Below are positions 1-15,700 of a DNA stretch of 64,000 nt, piece by piece. The DNA lies in NCBI GenBank assembly GCA_964247055.1, contig OZ176052.1:1488001-1552000 (forward strand), read 5' to 3'. The notes beneath the pieces are model-generated. The model was given only the letters and a program-made list of their open reading frames with translations. It made no database searches and was not told the origin of the DNA. The translations under genes were made by a program, and so were the position numbers. The DNA comes from Paragordius varius. Lineage: Eukaryota; Animalia; Nematomorpha. Each line of letters begins with the position of its first letter. Position 1 is the stretch's first letter.

Positions 1-1049
1 GGGTCTTTCTTAATAAAATATGAATCCAAAGTTTTTTAATTTTACTTAAATCTTGCCGAAAACGCAATCTTTACATTCAATAATAATAAATATGGAGACT
101 ATTATTAGCCCTACCATTGCATTTAGAAGCCAGATTAATTGATATCAAGCAATTGGTGGCTATATGAAATGAAACTTTAATAGTAGGCTAATAATAATAG
201 CCTCCATATTGTTGGGACCGAAATATAAATTGTATAAAAAAGTAAATGAAACAAAATGTATCTTCAGTTATATAATCATTAGAATTGTCTGAAAAAAATT
301 GTATTATAATTACATATTAAGTTATGATCAGTTCACGTTTAAAATTAATATCAAGTATTTAAGTTTATGCCTCTTAATGCCGAAATATTGAGTTATTATA
401 GAAATATGTTTAATTTTTAATGTAAAAAAAATAGTATTGATAATATTAAATCCATATAATATTTTTGCTCCATGTACACTGCGTTCAAAATCGAGGCGTA
501 TAGAAAATATCCTGAACTCTAACAAAAATATAAATGATTCTCGAGATGCTTTTAGTTTTGGGGCAAAGAAAGTTATGGCGGTAATTGTTAGGTATCGTAA
601 AATCGGAGCTCTTCTAATTAAGTCGTAACAAAAAACGCAAAAATGCCAAGATTTCGCGTTAACTTTTTGAATATATGCTAGATTATGGCACCAAAAACAT
701 ATCTAAAAAAATAGCAAATTTTGTTTAAGTTTACCTCTTACTATTTTTAAAACTATGGAGAGGAAGTTATTTAATTTATAATAATACATATGATTTTCTA
801 CAAAAGTTCACCCATGACAAATGAACTTATATATTAGAAAAATAAATTAGTAAAAATTTAGCTTCATTAAATTATAAAGTGTTTATTACTATCCTAAATT
901 GTTTTGTATCGCTCCACCATGCTTCAAAATACCATCGCTTTAATTTTGCTATAAATTAAATTATTTTTTCAAAACACGTTTCATATAATTTTTGGCATAA
1001 TTTCAGTCTTTTTGTCAAACTTGCCTTTTTTAATGTACTAAATTTGATC

Positions 1050-1322
1050 TGCTGTCGAAGCTCACATCTAAAATTTATATTCTTCTTTTTATATTTTTAT
1101 AATATTTCAGTGATATTTTTTGGAATGAAGCATTTAACTAAAAATTTATTAAATAAAATGGGCGCAAATTTTACAATTTTCTCATATCGAGCAGTTACGA
1201 AATTGTGGATAACTTTATTAAATACTCTTAAGGTAAAAAACCAAAAGCATTAAGAATCCGATACGTTTGTCAATCAGATATATTTATATATTTCATTTAT
1301 AGTTTTTTTGTGAACACAGTAT
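1050..1322. repeat. Dispersed repeat, probably part of a degenerate non-autonomous DNA transposon; second copy at ~7800-8107
   Basis: Shared blocks such as 'aaaatg(g/t)(g/c)cgcaaatttt', 'taaggg?t(a/c)aaaaccaaaagca' and 'aatccga' occur in the same order at both loci, with clear divergence. Confidence 0.5.
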
Positions 1323-1524
1323 ATATACTATATCGTTTCTAAACATGTATACCCCTTAAAACAAATTTGCCTGAGCTACTTCTTAATAAATTTAATTAGC
1401 ATTTTTTAAAGTTTTCATTTTTCCCGAATGTTGGTTGACCTTACATTTTATATAAGTGTGTTGATAAAAAATATCTTTTTTGAAAAAAAATGTGTTAATT
1501 CTCTGAAAAATGTCATGAAATCAA

Positions 1525-1605
1525 ACCCCTGATCCGCCAGCATGTACTTTCCCACTTGTAGGATCACAAGCCCTTCCTGCAGCATCACTCTCTTTGCAAG
1601 TTAAT
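1525..1605 (-). pseudogene. Possible PIF/Harbinger transposase remnant
   Basis: GC-elevated island. One minus frame reads LAKRVMLQEGLVILQVGKYMLADQGFDF, resembling the 'GKYYLAD.G(Y/F)' region of DDE_Tnp_4 transposases. Short and isolated. Confidence 0.25.
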
Positions 1606-3389
1606 GACTTTGGAAATTATTTGCATAAATATTAATTATACAATAAAAATATAATGGTTTAAATTTAATAAAAACAATATTTTTACCCCGTAATATTGGA
1701 ATCTAGGATGGATAAATATAAGCATAATTATATTATAAATAATGTTTAGTTATGCATTCGCTGTTAAATAGATTAGCACATTTAATATATAAATAACTAA
1801 ATATCTATTGTCATAAATTTTATTAAAGAGCAAAAATAGATTATTTTTGCGTTTTACAAGCAGTATATAGCGGTTCAAAAGTAAAAACGTATAAATTAAT
1901 GGGAAATTAATTATAAATAAATTACTGTATGATTTTTTAAACATTAAGTTTTAATCAAATCATGGGCTGGTTTGAAAATCTAACATTTAACTCAATAAAT
2001 TGTACAATCGAAGGCAAATGAGTCAATCAGTTTTTTGTCACCTGATTTCAATATTTTGTATTTTAAGTTAAAATCGTTAATTAGCATACTCTATAAATAT
2101 TTTGGGTCTTTATGACCTTTTAATTTTTTTGTTCTGACATATTGAGGTAATTTCATATATCTCAGAGCTCAAATTTAAATAAATTACTGTTTTGAAAGTT
2201 ATTTTAGTTAAGTTTAATTATCAAACATTATTCCTATTTAATAGATAAAAAGAGTTAGTTTTGTGACTTTTAGAGTCTTGATTTGAGACAGCTACAAAAC
2301 GCGATTAAAACGAATATTTGCTAGTATGTAGCTTGAAAGCTTTTTAAAGTTAATTATTCACATTTTCTAACCATAATATACATTTAATTTGTTGCATTAG
2401 AGAATTAAAAAATTATATAATGCGCCTAAAAGGCTAAGAAAGCATATTGGGTTAATACTTTTTTATTATGGGGAAACATGGAGTGTTAATCAATGATCGA
2501 AACTGAATATTAATTGAAAGTTTACCAATCATTTATAATATAATTGAATTATCTTTCTCCACATTGGTAGTTTTTAGGTGAGAACTAAAATTTATGCTAT
2601 TACTTGAAAAAAAACCATACCAAGGTGACATATATTTTAGTCTTATCATTTCCAGCATCTTCCATAATCAACTTAAATACACTTTAAAAAAGTCTTTTTT
2701 CATTATGAATTATGCCTTTATTAACATAAATTTTTTAGGTATCCTAATTTACCATAAATTAGGTTAGCTGCCAGTTTGATCTGTTTTATGAAAAACGAAA
2801 TTGTTTAATAAAAAATGAAATTTAATAAAATTGGTTTGCTTTTGAGATATATTTTAAACGATTTGGTTTGAAGGCTTTGGATATATTTCACGATATTATA
2901 TTATAAAAAGGTTTTTAAAACATTGTTTTTGATAAGAATCTCTTTTCAATTAAAAAAAAATGCTATTAGAATATTCCAGATTTATAATCATATTAAATTT
3001 TTTTACAATATTAATTATTTTATTGTATCTACAGATGATTATTTTTTACTCATTCATGTAATCAAGTTAAAACATCCCCTTTTTGGCTTTGGAACTAGTT
3101 ATAATATTTTTTTAATCTAAATAGATCTGGGAATGTTAACTAATTTTAAAGGTGTGTTTTTTATTTTTCATCACAATATATTATAATTATTAGACAAAAA
3201 AAATAAGTTTGTATAGTCTTACGACTGTACTGAAAATATTTAAATTTACCTATGATCGACGGTCGATATCATACCAATCAAGACAGCAAAGATGGTAAAG
3301 AAAAATAATATACGCATTTTTTACAATCAAGAGAAAGTTTGCAATGGAATAATAGCGCAACGATTTGTTTGGGACGAAAAAGGATGGAA

Positions 3390-3704
3390 TTTAAATTGTT
3401 CAAAAAAACTCTTTCTTTTATACCTTTTACTAATCATGGTATGAATTGTCAAAAATAGATTTTGAATTTACAAGAGATTACCCCATATTAAGAGCTATAT
3501 TTGGAATTCGCAAGCTAATTAAACATGATAAAATTGGATTTTCACGTTTTGCCTAAAATATTAATTTTAAATTTTTTAATCACACCGTGAAAATCTAATT
3601 TTATCATGTTTAATTAGCTTGCTAATTCTAAATATATCTTTTAAAGGTAGCATAATCTTGTAAATTTTACAAAAATTATTAATAGCACAAAACGGCCTTT
3701 TCAT

Positions 3705-3742
<38 letters not shown>

Positions 3743-3790
3743 CGAAGGGATTTTTTAATATATAAAAATAGGAGATATTATATGTTAATA
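3390..3790. mobile_element. Foldback/MITE-like palindromic element with a (TA)n tract in the right arm
   Basis: 3450-3546 is an imperfect reverse complement of 3587-3685 ('caagctaattaaacatgataaaatt' vs 'aattttatcatgtttaattagcttg'). There are weaker outer matches. Confidence 0.6.
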
Positions 3791-5539
3791 TTTTCGACAC
3801 CTGGGTACAAATGGGTTAGATCTCACCCGTTTAAATACACTAATGATTAATTTTAAGTTAAAAATGCTAATAATATTAGGAGGCATTGAATTTAAATATA
3901 AAGCTGTGAATAATTTTGGCGATTTTGAAATGATTAAAAACATATTGATCTAATTCCATGTTAGATGTAACACTTTTTTAATATATTCATCTGATTGACC
4001 GCAAAAAATTTTTTTCCATCTTTAAGGGTCATAGGCGGGAATAAACAATTATTTACTCCAAAGTTTTTATTTATAATAGAACTTAAAACACTTTGCCTTT
4101 TGTTATGAAATTCAAACAATAATTAAAATAGTTTATATGTTAAAAGCCCAGAAATGGATCGCGTCCTCATGTTTAATATATAGGTGGTTTAGAGTAAAAA
4201 TATCGTAATTAGACCTAGTAAATTAAATGAGGAACTGGAATAGTTTAAATTGGGATCGCGTTTATAAAGGACACATTTCTGATTAATTTATAAAAACTTA
4301 CATTCATGCTACCATAATGGTAAAATTATTACGAATTCACCTTAAATCAATTGACAAAAATGTCACTGATATACATTCTAAAAAATAATAAATATTTTCA
4401 AATCTTCGTTTTACATAAAATAATAACTAAAGTTAAAACATGTAAAGAATTTATTTCATCATAAATTTATTTCAAATGTGATGTTGATAATAAATTAAAA
4501 ATAATAATTTGTAATATTGCATAAACATTTTCCCATTATAATTGCAAATTTCTAACACAATGACTTGTGTAATGGAGAGTGCTTTAAAGGTATGGTTCAA
4601 CTTAAAATTTTAGTTATTTTAAATATTCAGAAAACTCTATAATATTAAATAAAATACCTGTTACAGAGTTTGAAAAACTTAAATAAATGCATATTGTAAT
4701 GATTGTTTATCTTTTTGCGCCTTATTTTATAAATTTTGGCTAAAAATGATCAATATAATTTTCGTAATATTCAAATTGGGTAGCAAAAAAATGTTACATT
4801 CATAAGCAAAAGAATTGATCTAAGTGTTTTTTATCACCGATCTTCAGGTGTACACTTGCTGGCTTAAGTAAACTTGCTCAAATTGCCACGCTTAACTTAA
4901 GAGTCAAGTGCGACTTTTATTCAACCCACCCTAAATATTACATATAATTTCTTCTCGCCCGATACAAGAAATGCCTTCACTTTATATTTAAATAAGGTTA
5001 ATGTAACTACTACCTTAAATAGCTATAATTGTAATAATTTACAAATTAATCTATCACGATCTTGGGTTTTATATTTATAAAAATATAATTATTAATTGGA
5101 ACATTGCCAAAATCTATTTTTGTCAAATAAAAGCTATTGATTTTATTGATTAATTAAAAACAATTATTGATTTTATACTGTCTAATTATTTGGATAAAAA
5201 TTTGTTCGAAAATTTATTTTTAGCTTTTAGTCCTTCTGCAAAAAATTGCCTTTGCTTTTACAAAATGCGCCAATGAGAGGAGTTTTATGAACTTTACTAT
5301 AATTGTGCTATTCAACTGAAACTTTACATTTAGGATTTGCGTTTACACTTTTGATATATGTCTCAAAGGCGTGATTTCTGGGGATTTCTGTTTATAAAAA
5401 ACACCTTTTTTTACACGGTGTGGATTTATAAATATCAAAAAAATTATACTTTTGGATTTGATGGGCCTATAAGGTTCCATATTTTATAATTAAATAGATT
5501 ATTCAAAAGATGTTTAAAAAATTAATTATACTAAATATA

Positions 5540-6092
5540 CCATTTACAATTCAAATTCACCCTTGAACAATTCAATTCATCCTCGTTCAAATACATCCTC
5601 GAACAATTCAAATTTACCCTCGAACAACTCAAATTCACCCTAAAAAAATTGTGTTTTTTATGATTAAAAATTATTTATATATTTTTATTAAAAAAATTAA
5701 TTTAAATTAATATAATATTGAAAAAATAATAAAATAGGCTATAGGAATATATTCTTAATTATGATGAGTTATATTACGAAAACACATAATTTAATTTTAG
5801 TGTTAATTTCAATTGTTCAAGGGTGAATATAATTTGTTCGAGTCTGAATTTGAATTGTTCAGGGGTGTTGAATTGTTCGAGGGTGAATTTGAATTGTTGA
5901 ATGGTGAATTTGAATTGTTCGAGGGTGAATTTGAATTGTTGAATGGGGAATTTGAATTGTTCGAGGGTGAATTTGAATTGTTCAAAGGTAAATTTGGATT
6001 GTTCAAGGATGAATTTGAATTGCTCCAGGGTGAATTTGATTTGTTCGAGGATGAATTTGAATCGTTCAAGGGTGAATTTGAATTGTAAATGG
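5540..6092. mobile_element. MITE family A, copy 1, with amplified 21-bp subterminal repeats
   Basis: TATA|CCATTTACAATTCAAATTCACCC ... GGGTGAATTTGAATTGTAAATGG|TATA. About 13 tandem 'gggtgaatttgaattgttc(g/a)a' units at 5811-6086. Confidence 0.9.
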
Positions 6093-6099
6093 TATAACA

Positions 6100-6600
6100 T
6101 GGTATCCATAACACATGGATAATGGAAATTTGTTGTGCTGCCTTCAAGCTGCCCAAGTATGTGTAATGAGTGTTTTGCGCACCCGTCGGCCAGCCACGGA
6201 TTCCATCCAGTCTTGTATTTATTAGGTCTTTAACATTCAATAAGGGATAGATCATCGCCACCTAAACATTGAATATACCACATATGAGTAGGTCTATTTT
6301 CCCGTATGCTTAGGCAGATGTGCTCCAATCAATCAACCGTTCCCAAATCCCGGCATTCAATTTCTCCAATGGTTTTGGTTTAGTAGCAAGAAGGCTTTTA
6401 AAGCTCCACAATGAACGCCTTTCACATAGAGTTTGTCTCAATGTTGTACTTTTAACCTCGTAATTGGTTTTGTTCTTTAATTCACGTTTCAAACTCTGGT
6501 TGCTTCTTGTTCGTACACGTTCACACACCTGGTTGCCATTAGAGAAGACTTTAAGGTAAGCCTTAAGTTTTGCATTCCCAACCAGCTTTCCCATATAAAA
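6100..6600 (-). other. GC-elevated, coding-like degenerate segment of unknown origin
   Basis: Much less AT-rich than the flanks. Carries the 94-aa ORF 6310-6594 and a further stop-interrupted minus frame. No recognisable motif and no clear splice structure. Confidence 0.3.
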
Positions 6601-6689
6601 TTATTTCTGATGGCAATCATAGGTCCTTAAATCACTTAATACATCTATATATAAATTGTGTTTCTTAAACGAAAAAATGCACATAGTAC

Positions 6690-7560
6690 GTATTCAAATC
6701 TTAAAAATATTAAATTTTAATTTGAATATACGATATTGGGAGATTTTCCAATTTTTAATATGTTAACCCTAAAATATAAGTATTTTTGACAAAACTTTTT
6801 TTAAATCACGATATTCGAATATTTTACAATTACCATATCAGTCAACCTCTAAAATATTAATTAGTTATAACAAATCATAAAAATATTCAATTTTAGTTAA
6901 ATAAATTCACGATATTGGGACATTTTCCAATCATCAATATGTTAACCCTAAAATATAAGTTATTTTTAACAAAAAAATTTTTAATTCACGATATTCGAGT
7001 ATTTTCCACATATCAATCAACCTCTAAAATATTAATTAATTATAACAAATCTTAAAAATTTAAATTTTATTTTAAATTCACGTATCATTAAATTAACGTC
7101 TAAATTTTTAACAAATTTTTTTGAACGATATTCGAAGATTTTTTGATTACCATATCAGTCATAGATTATAATTAGTTATAACAAATCTTAAAAACAATAA
7201 AATTTAGTTCAAATTAACGATATTGGGACATTTTCCAATTATCAATATGTTAACCCTAAAATATAAGTTATTTTTAACAATAAATTTTTTAAATCACTAT
7301 ATTCAAGTATCAATCACATATCAGTCAACCTCTAAAATATTAATTAGTTTTAACAAATCTTAGAAATATTAAATTTAATTTACTAATCAACAATTAACGT
7401 CTAAAAATTTAACAATTTTTTTATTCGAATATTATCTAATCACCATATCATTCAACCTCTAAAAAATATTTAGTTAAAACAAATCTTAAAAATATTAAAT
7501 TTTAGTTTAAATTCAAGATATTGGGACGTTTTCAAACATCAATGAGTTAACCTCTATAAT
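6690..7560. repeat. Tandem array of ~175-190 bp units (about 5 degenerate copies)
   Basis: Recurrent 'cgatattggga(c/g)attttccaat...tatgttaaccctaaaatataagt...catatcagtcaacctctaaaatattaatt' at ~6730, 6908, 7218 and 7516, plus partial units. Confidence 0.85.
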
Positions 7561-7589
7561 TTAGATATTTTGCGTTATTTTTATTGAAA

Positions 7590-7710
7590 TAGAAGCATAT
7601 AATTGGAAGTTTCTTTCATTAGTTTTTAGAAATATCAATTTGAATATAATCTGGGGTCACTAAATACCCCCAATTAAATCGAAGTGTTAAAGCTATGCAT
7701 TTTTCCAAAA
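7590..7710. repeat. Dispersed repeat; second copy at ~12348-12450
   Basis: 'tagaagcata...tttctttca.tagttttt...ctgggg...aaatcgaagtgttaa' is shared by both loci. Confidence 0.6.
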
Positions 7711-8144
7711 AGAACTTTTTGATTTTAATCTATTATGAATTAAAAAAACTTCGGATTTTTGTGTTTTGTTTTGCCCATTTTACTATCCGAAAATTTCGAC
7801 CCATCGGAGGCTACATCTAAAATTAAAAATTGTATGAAAATATTGTTGTTTTGCTTTTTATATATATTTTATGATTTATATTAGTTATACTTTTTGGAAA
7901 GTATTTAACCTTCACCAAAAAGATCATTTTTAAAAAAATGTCCGCAAATTTTGTCATAATCGTATATGGAGTACTTACCAAAGAAGTACAAATAACTTTT
8001 TAATTCAGTCGTAAGGGTCAAAACCAAAAGCACCATGATAATCCGAATACATTTTCTTCCTATCAGAATATAAATTTTTCATCAGGATATTTTTTGGTGG
8101 ACACCGCGTTTCCAATCGTGATTCTTAAGTCCAGTCATAATATA

Positions 8145-8450
8145 CCATTTAGAGTTCAAATTCACACTCGAACAATTCAAATTCACCCTTGAACAATTTA
8201 AATTGAACTAAAAAATAAATTATGTGTTTTCGAACTACTATAACTCATTATTGATATGAAATATATCTTTATGACATAGCTTATTATTTTTTCAGTATTA
8301 TTTTGATTTAAAACAAATTTTTTTAAAATATATAAAAATATAGGTAAATTATAATCTTAAAAAACATATGAGGGTAAATTTGTATTTTCCGAGAGTGATT
8401 TTGATGTAGGGTGAATTCGATTTGTTCAAGAATGAATTTAAATTGTAAGT
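8145..8450. mobile_element. MITE family A, copy 2 (right end degenerate)
   Basis: tata|ccatttagagttcaaattcac... ; family core 'aaataaattatgtgttttcgaacta'; right end 'gaatttaaattgtaag'. Confidence 0.8.
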
Positions 8451-8596
8451 ATATATAAAGGCATTTTTAATATTAATATAATTGAAAATGGTAACATAAA
8501 TCAATTTAAAATCAACAATTTATTAAGCCAAAGGAATGTTAATGAGGAGTATTGCACGAGGTATGAGATTCTTTACATAAAATATGTTATTAAGAG

Positions 8597-11383
<2,787 letters not shown>

Positions 11384-12781
11384 GCGCCTTTGTACTTATA
11401 AAAGTTTGGCATATGATTTTTATTTTATATAAAATATTATAATGTAATAGGAGGATTTTTGCGTTGAAGTTCAAAATTATGTTATAATATACGGTATAAT
11501 ACATTTTTGATGATAAATTATAATCAAACAATAGTAAATTTTTGGACTTTTTAGGATTCGTGAAATTTTAACCACTTGAATACCTATTAAATTTTTATTT
11601 GAAAATTACTAGAAAAAACTTATCGAAAATTATTATAAATGCGTCAAGATATAAATTATTTTTAATTTAAAAATTATATATGCCAGCTGTTTTGGCTATG
11701 CGAAAAACATCGAAATTTTTTAGATGGTTTTTCAATTTAGGATTTTTCAAAAAAAAAATTTATTACATGCTTAATACGCATGTTTAAATTAAGGCGGATA
11801 TATTTATATATTTTAAATTGTCCTTTAGTAGAACACCCATATTATAAATGATATTTTTGAATATTCAAAACAAATTTAGGAAATTAACACGTGGATACAA
11901 CACATTCATTTCAGTCCTTCGATTCAAATTGGGGTAGTTGAATGCCCAGGCCTGTTTAAAATTAAATAATTAAAAAAATATGAAAATTTAAACCATGGCA
12001 AAAATTTACACATTTATAACAATAATGAACCTAAATATATAAAAAAATTTATTCAAAAATACTTGATATTACTTATTATTAAGTAAAACCTCAAGGTAAT
12101 AATTTAGTCAACATGACTTGTGTGTATCTAAATTTAAAAATAATACAAAAGAAACCATTTTTCTGTTGTTTATCAAAGTTAGATGCGATTTGAATGAAAA
12201 ATTAGCTTTCATTTTAGCTCTAAAATCAAATAAACATTTTCTAAAATGTTAAAATAAATATGGCGTCGAAGTAGTTTGATATGGAACTTTTTTTTCAAAA
12301 CCAAATTTTATTTAGATATATCGGCTTATTTATATAATTTTTATTAGGATAGAAGCATAAATTTAAATTGAAACCGTTTCTTTCAGTAGTTTTTTAAAAA
12401 TTTCAACTTAAATATAGTCTGGGGTATTTAGATACCTCAATTTAAATCGAAGTGTTAATACTGACAAAGTTAAATGTTTAATATTTAATAATGCTAGAAT
12501 AACCGAATGGCTAATTGATATACCAAACAATCAAATTATACACTTATAAGCTTTAAATTAGAATACTACTTTTTACGGATATGAAGCGATAGAACCCAAA
12601 ATGTTTTTCTTCGGAATCAAAAACGATATATCCTATATTTTTTATAAAATGTGTGGACTATATATTAATCTCAAACCATTTTCAAAATCATAACGATTGG
12701 TACATAAATAGTTTATATCATTTATTAATAAATATATTATAATTTTTGGTTCCTCAAATTCATAATACTATTTGTTGCAAT

Positions 12782-15700
12782 CTATGATTGTACATACTTT
12801 GTTATGGGATAAAACTGATTGTATTGCGATAAATGTTTTTTCATTTCATTCTTTTGCCTTTCGAGATGTGGAGTTAATTTATCATAAACACCCTCAAACA
12901 TTTCTTCTATAGGAGGTTTAGGTTCTCGTTCTGCCTTGTTAAATGCATCTAATACCTTAAAATTTAAAAATTTTAATATAGAGACAAAGCATATAAAAAA
13001 AATTTTTAGACAATCATTTTCACCCTCATTTATTCTAAATGCCCCATTAATTACTTTCCTATAAAATAAATTTAAATGTGTAATCTATTAAACTTCTATA
13101 CCAAATTTAGAGCCCAAAACTAAAGTTTATTTTCAATACAATTGAAATATAAATTGAGTGTGTTATCCAATTACATTTTCATTTCTTATTTCGAAACCCA
13201 AAACGATAGGTTAAAAATGTCAAGGTTTAAAAATATGGCTTCCTGTATGAAAAAATTATTAGTCTTTAACTTTATGTAGTCCAGGGGTGTTCAACACACA
13301 GGCCACATGCGGCCCTTTATAATATTTCGGCATCCGCGAAAAATTCAAAACATAATATTTTACATAATCTAAATAAAATTAATTTTGTCAAACGAATTTT
13401 CCGATTTTCTAATTCCACAATGAACTAGCAAAAATGATTAAAATAAATGGTAGTTTTCATCGTCTTCTATTTAAAATCTAAAAAAAATATTTGTTGATGC
13501 CCATATATTTTGTAAATGCAGCCCGTCGATTTTTACGATCCAAAAATGCGGCCCGCGAAGCCATTTGTGTTGGATACCCCTAATCTAATACCAAATAAAA
13601 CAAAAAAAAGGGTTTTGAAATCAAAATACTTGTTTTTGAATAGTGGTTTGTGTCAATTTATCTCTATCCTCATCCCATAAAGATTGAGCAATCAGGTATT
13701 TTTTTAATCGAGTAACTGGATTTAAATCATGGGCCCAGAATTCAATTTCTTCTTTGGATCGGTACATGGAACTGTCATCTGAAGTCGAGTGATGTCCTAC
13801 TCTAAAAACATATTACAACAAAAATTAACACTGGTTAAATTTCAATTTCAAAAAAAAATAGTATCACACTAACAATTTAGAGCTCTTAAGAAACAGTTAT
13901 ACCCAACAAATACGGATATATTTAAAGGTCAAAATAAAACACCACAGCATAAATAAACCTATAGGTCATAGCTTCAATAAATACGGGTTTATGCTCGGAA
14001 AGTGCATAATTTTTGGCTAATTGACTGGCTAAATACATGGCTATACAATCATTTCCATCAACCCGGATAGCTGAAAGTCCAATTCCCAACGCTCGAGTTA
14101 TTAAACCATCGCTGGCATATTGATCTTGAGTGGGGGTTGATATGGCATACCCGTTATTTCGACTATGGTAAAAACGAAAAGTGTAAATTATTAATATATT
14201 TTTTGGATCATATAAATTGTGCAAGGCATTTTGAAAAAACTAATTGATGATTCAATTGCTATTACCATGTTTTATAACACACCAAACTACTTTTTTATAT
14301 TATCATAAACATGGGGCCAATTGAATAAAAGCTAGTATAGTATATACTAAAAACTAGTTTTTTTCCAGTATATATTAGCGATGTATTAAAAAATCATATT
14401 TTACTATCCAATACGTACTATATTTACCAGTATTTACTGACAAATTTCATTGAATAAAAATTGTTTTTTTACAAATTTTACCGAATACTTACTGTGAGTA
14501 TTTGGGTTAGATCATTATTTGCTTCACAATCCTCCAAATATTCAATATCAATATATGAATTACTATATCAAAATCTGTTAAAGGTTCGTCAATATATATG
14601 GATACATTATGTAATATGGAACAATATAAGTTTTGGTATTTGTCGTTCTAGACTTATATGAACATTTCGTTACCAAGTATAGGAAATCGGGTCTTCATCT
14701 GACCAAAAACCCGCGCTCAATAATGCTTCTTTCAGAAAACAATGTAATTTATTGAATTTTTTTTTCTCGTTATCGATCACATCGTATTTTTGAAGGGGGA
14801 GGTTAGGAGCCAGGGTGATATAATAGTGTGGATATCCATTATCACCTAACAAACGGAATAAATCATTTTATTTGCACACATATATGACTGAACAATCGTG
14901 TTTCGCCATATCCTTGAATCATGCACAGATCCTGACCATTGTACATCCACGGATGTAATTTCTCTTCATTGGCATTACATGTGATGAATTGTACATTGAG
15001 GGTACATCGATCGACCCTTTCGATTTATATAGGCCTCAACATTTTCTTTAGGACTTTTATATTTCAAAGTGTGAACAATCAATGCAACCAATAGCAGTTG
15101 GCATTTTAAATTTGGATAGTCATAATTAATTTATTCCACATATTAGGCTCTTCAAATGACTTGGGAAATTTTATCAATTTGTCACTAATAAGTACATATT
15201 TGATTATGGATATTTTAAGGAAACCTAAAGAATATAAAACAAGAATTGGCATCCCAAAAATATTGAATAAAAAAATTTTACGTTTTGAATACGCGTCAAT
15301 TAATATGTTAACCAATATTTTTCTGCATGATAACTATGAAAAGAGAGGCGGGAAACTAACTCCCAGGATGCAAATGGAGGTGTTTAAGAATAATATACAT
15401 CGAGATTTTGTTAAGATTTCTTGGAGATCCAGGATATTAATCGGGTGTAGGTCATGATTTTAATGTTTCATAGTTCGACAATATGCAAAACTATACCTTT
15501 ATGGACTACGAAATAGTATCAATATCTCATCAATGGATATAAAATTTCCCGAGTCATTTGAAGAGCTTAATATGGCGAATAAATAAATTATGCCTATCCA
15601 AATATAAAATTCCAAATGCTATTGGTTGCATTGAATGTTCACACTTTGAAATATTAAGACGTTAAGAAAATGTTGAGGCCTATATAAATAAGGGTCGATC

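Noticed and set aside
328-3800. Short 63-74 aa ORFs (328, 437, 1044, 1750, 2923, 3576)
   Set aside because: Ile/Phe/Lys/Asn-rich translations expected from AT-rich non-coding DNA; several lie in repeats or (TA)n; no motifs or consistent splice sites.
5774-6261. Three overlapping repetitive ORFs (FKFTLEQ, SNSPSNN and EGEFELF repeats) suggesting a repeat protein or CRISPR-like array
   Set aside because: They are translations of the 21-bp (multiple of 3) subterminal repeat of MITE A. There are no unique spacers and the same motif occurs in seven other copies.
6690-7560. Regularly spaced repeats resembling a CRISPR array
   Set aside because: Whole units including the 'spacers' are homologous, units are ~180 bp, the context is eukaryotic and no cas genes are present.
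11880-12230. Exon-like AG...GT units upstream of CDK5
   Set aside because: No phase-consistent open frame; at most UTR exons, which cannot be supported without RNA data.
15161-15457. 98-aa plus-strand ORF as an independent nested gene
   Set aside because: It is the N-terminal fragment of the Harbinger transposase pseudogene.
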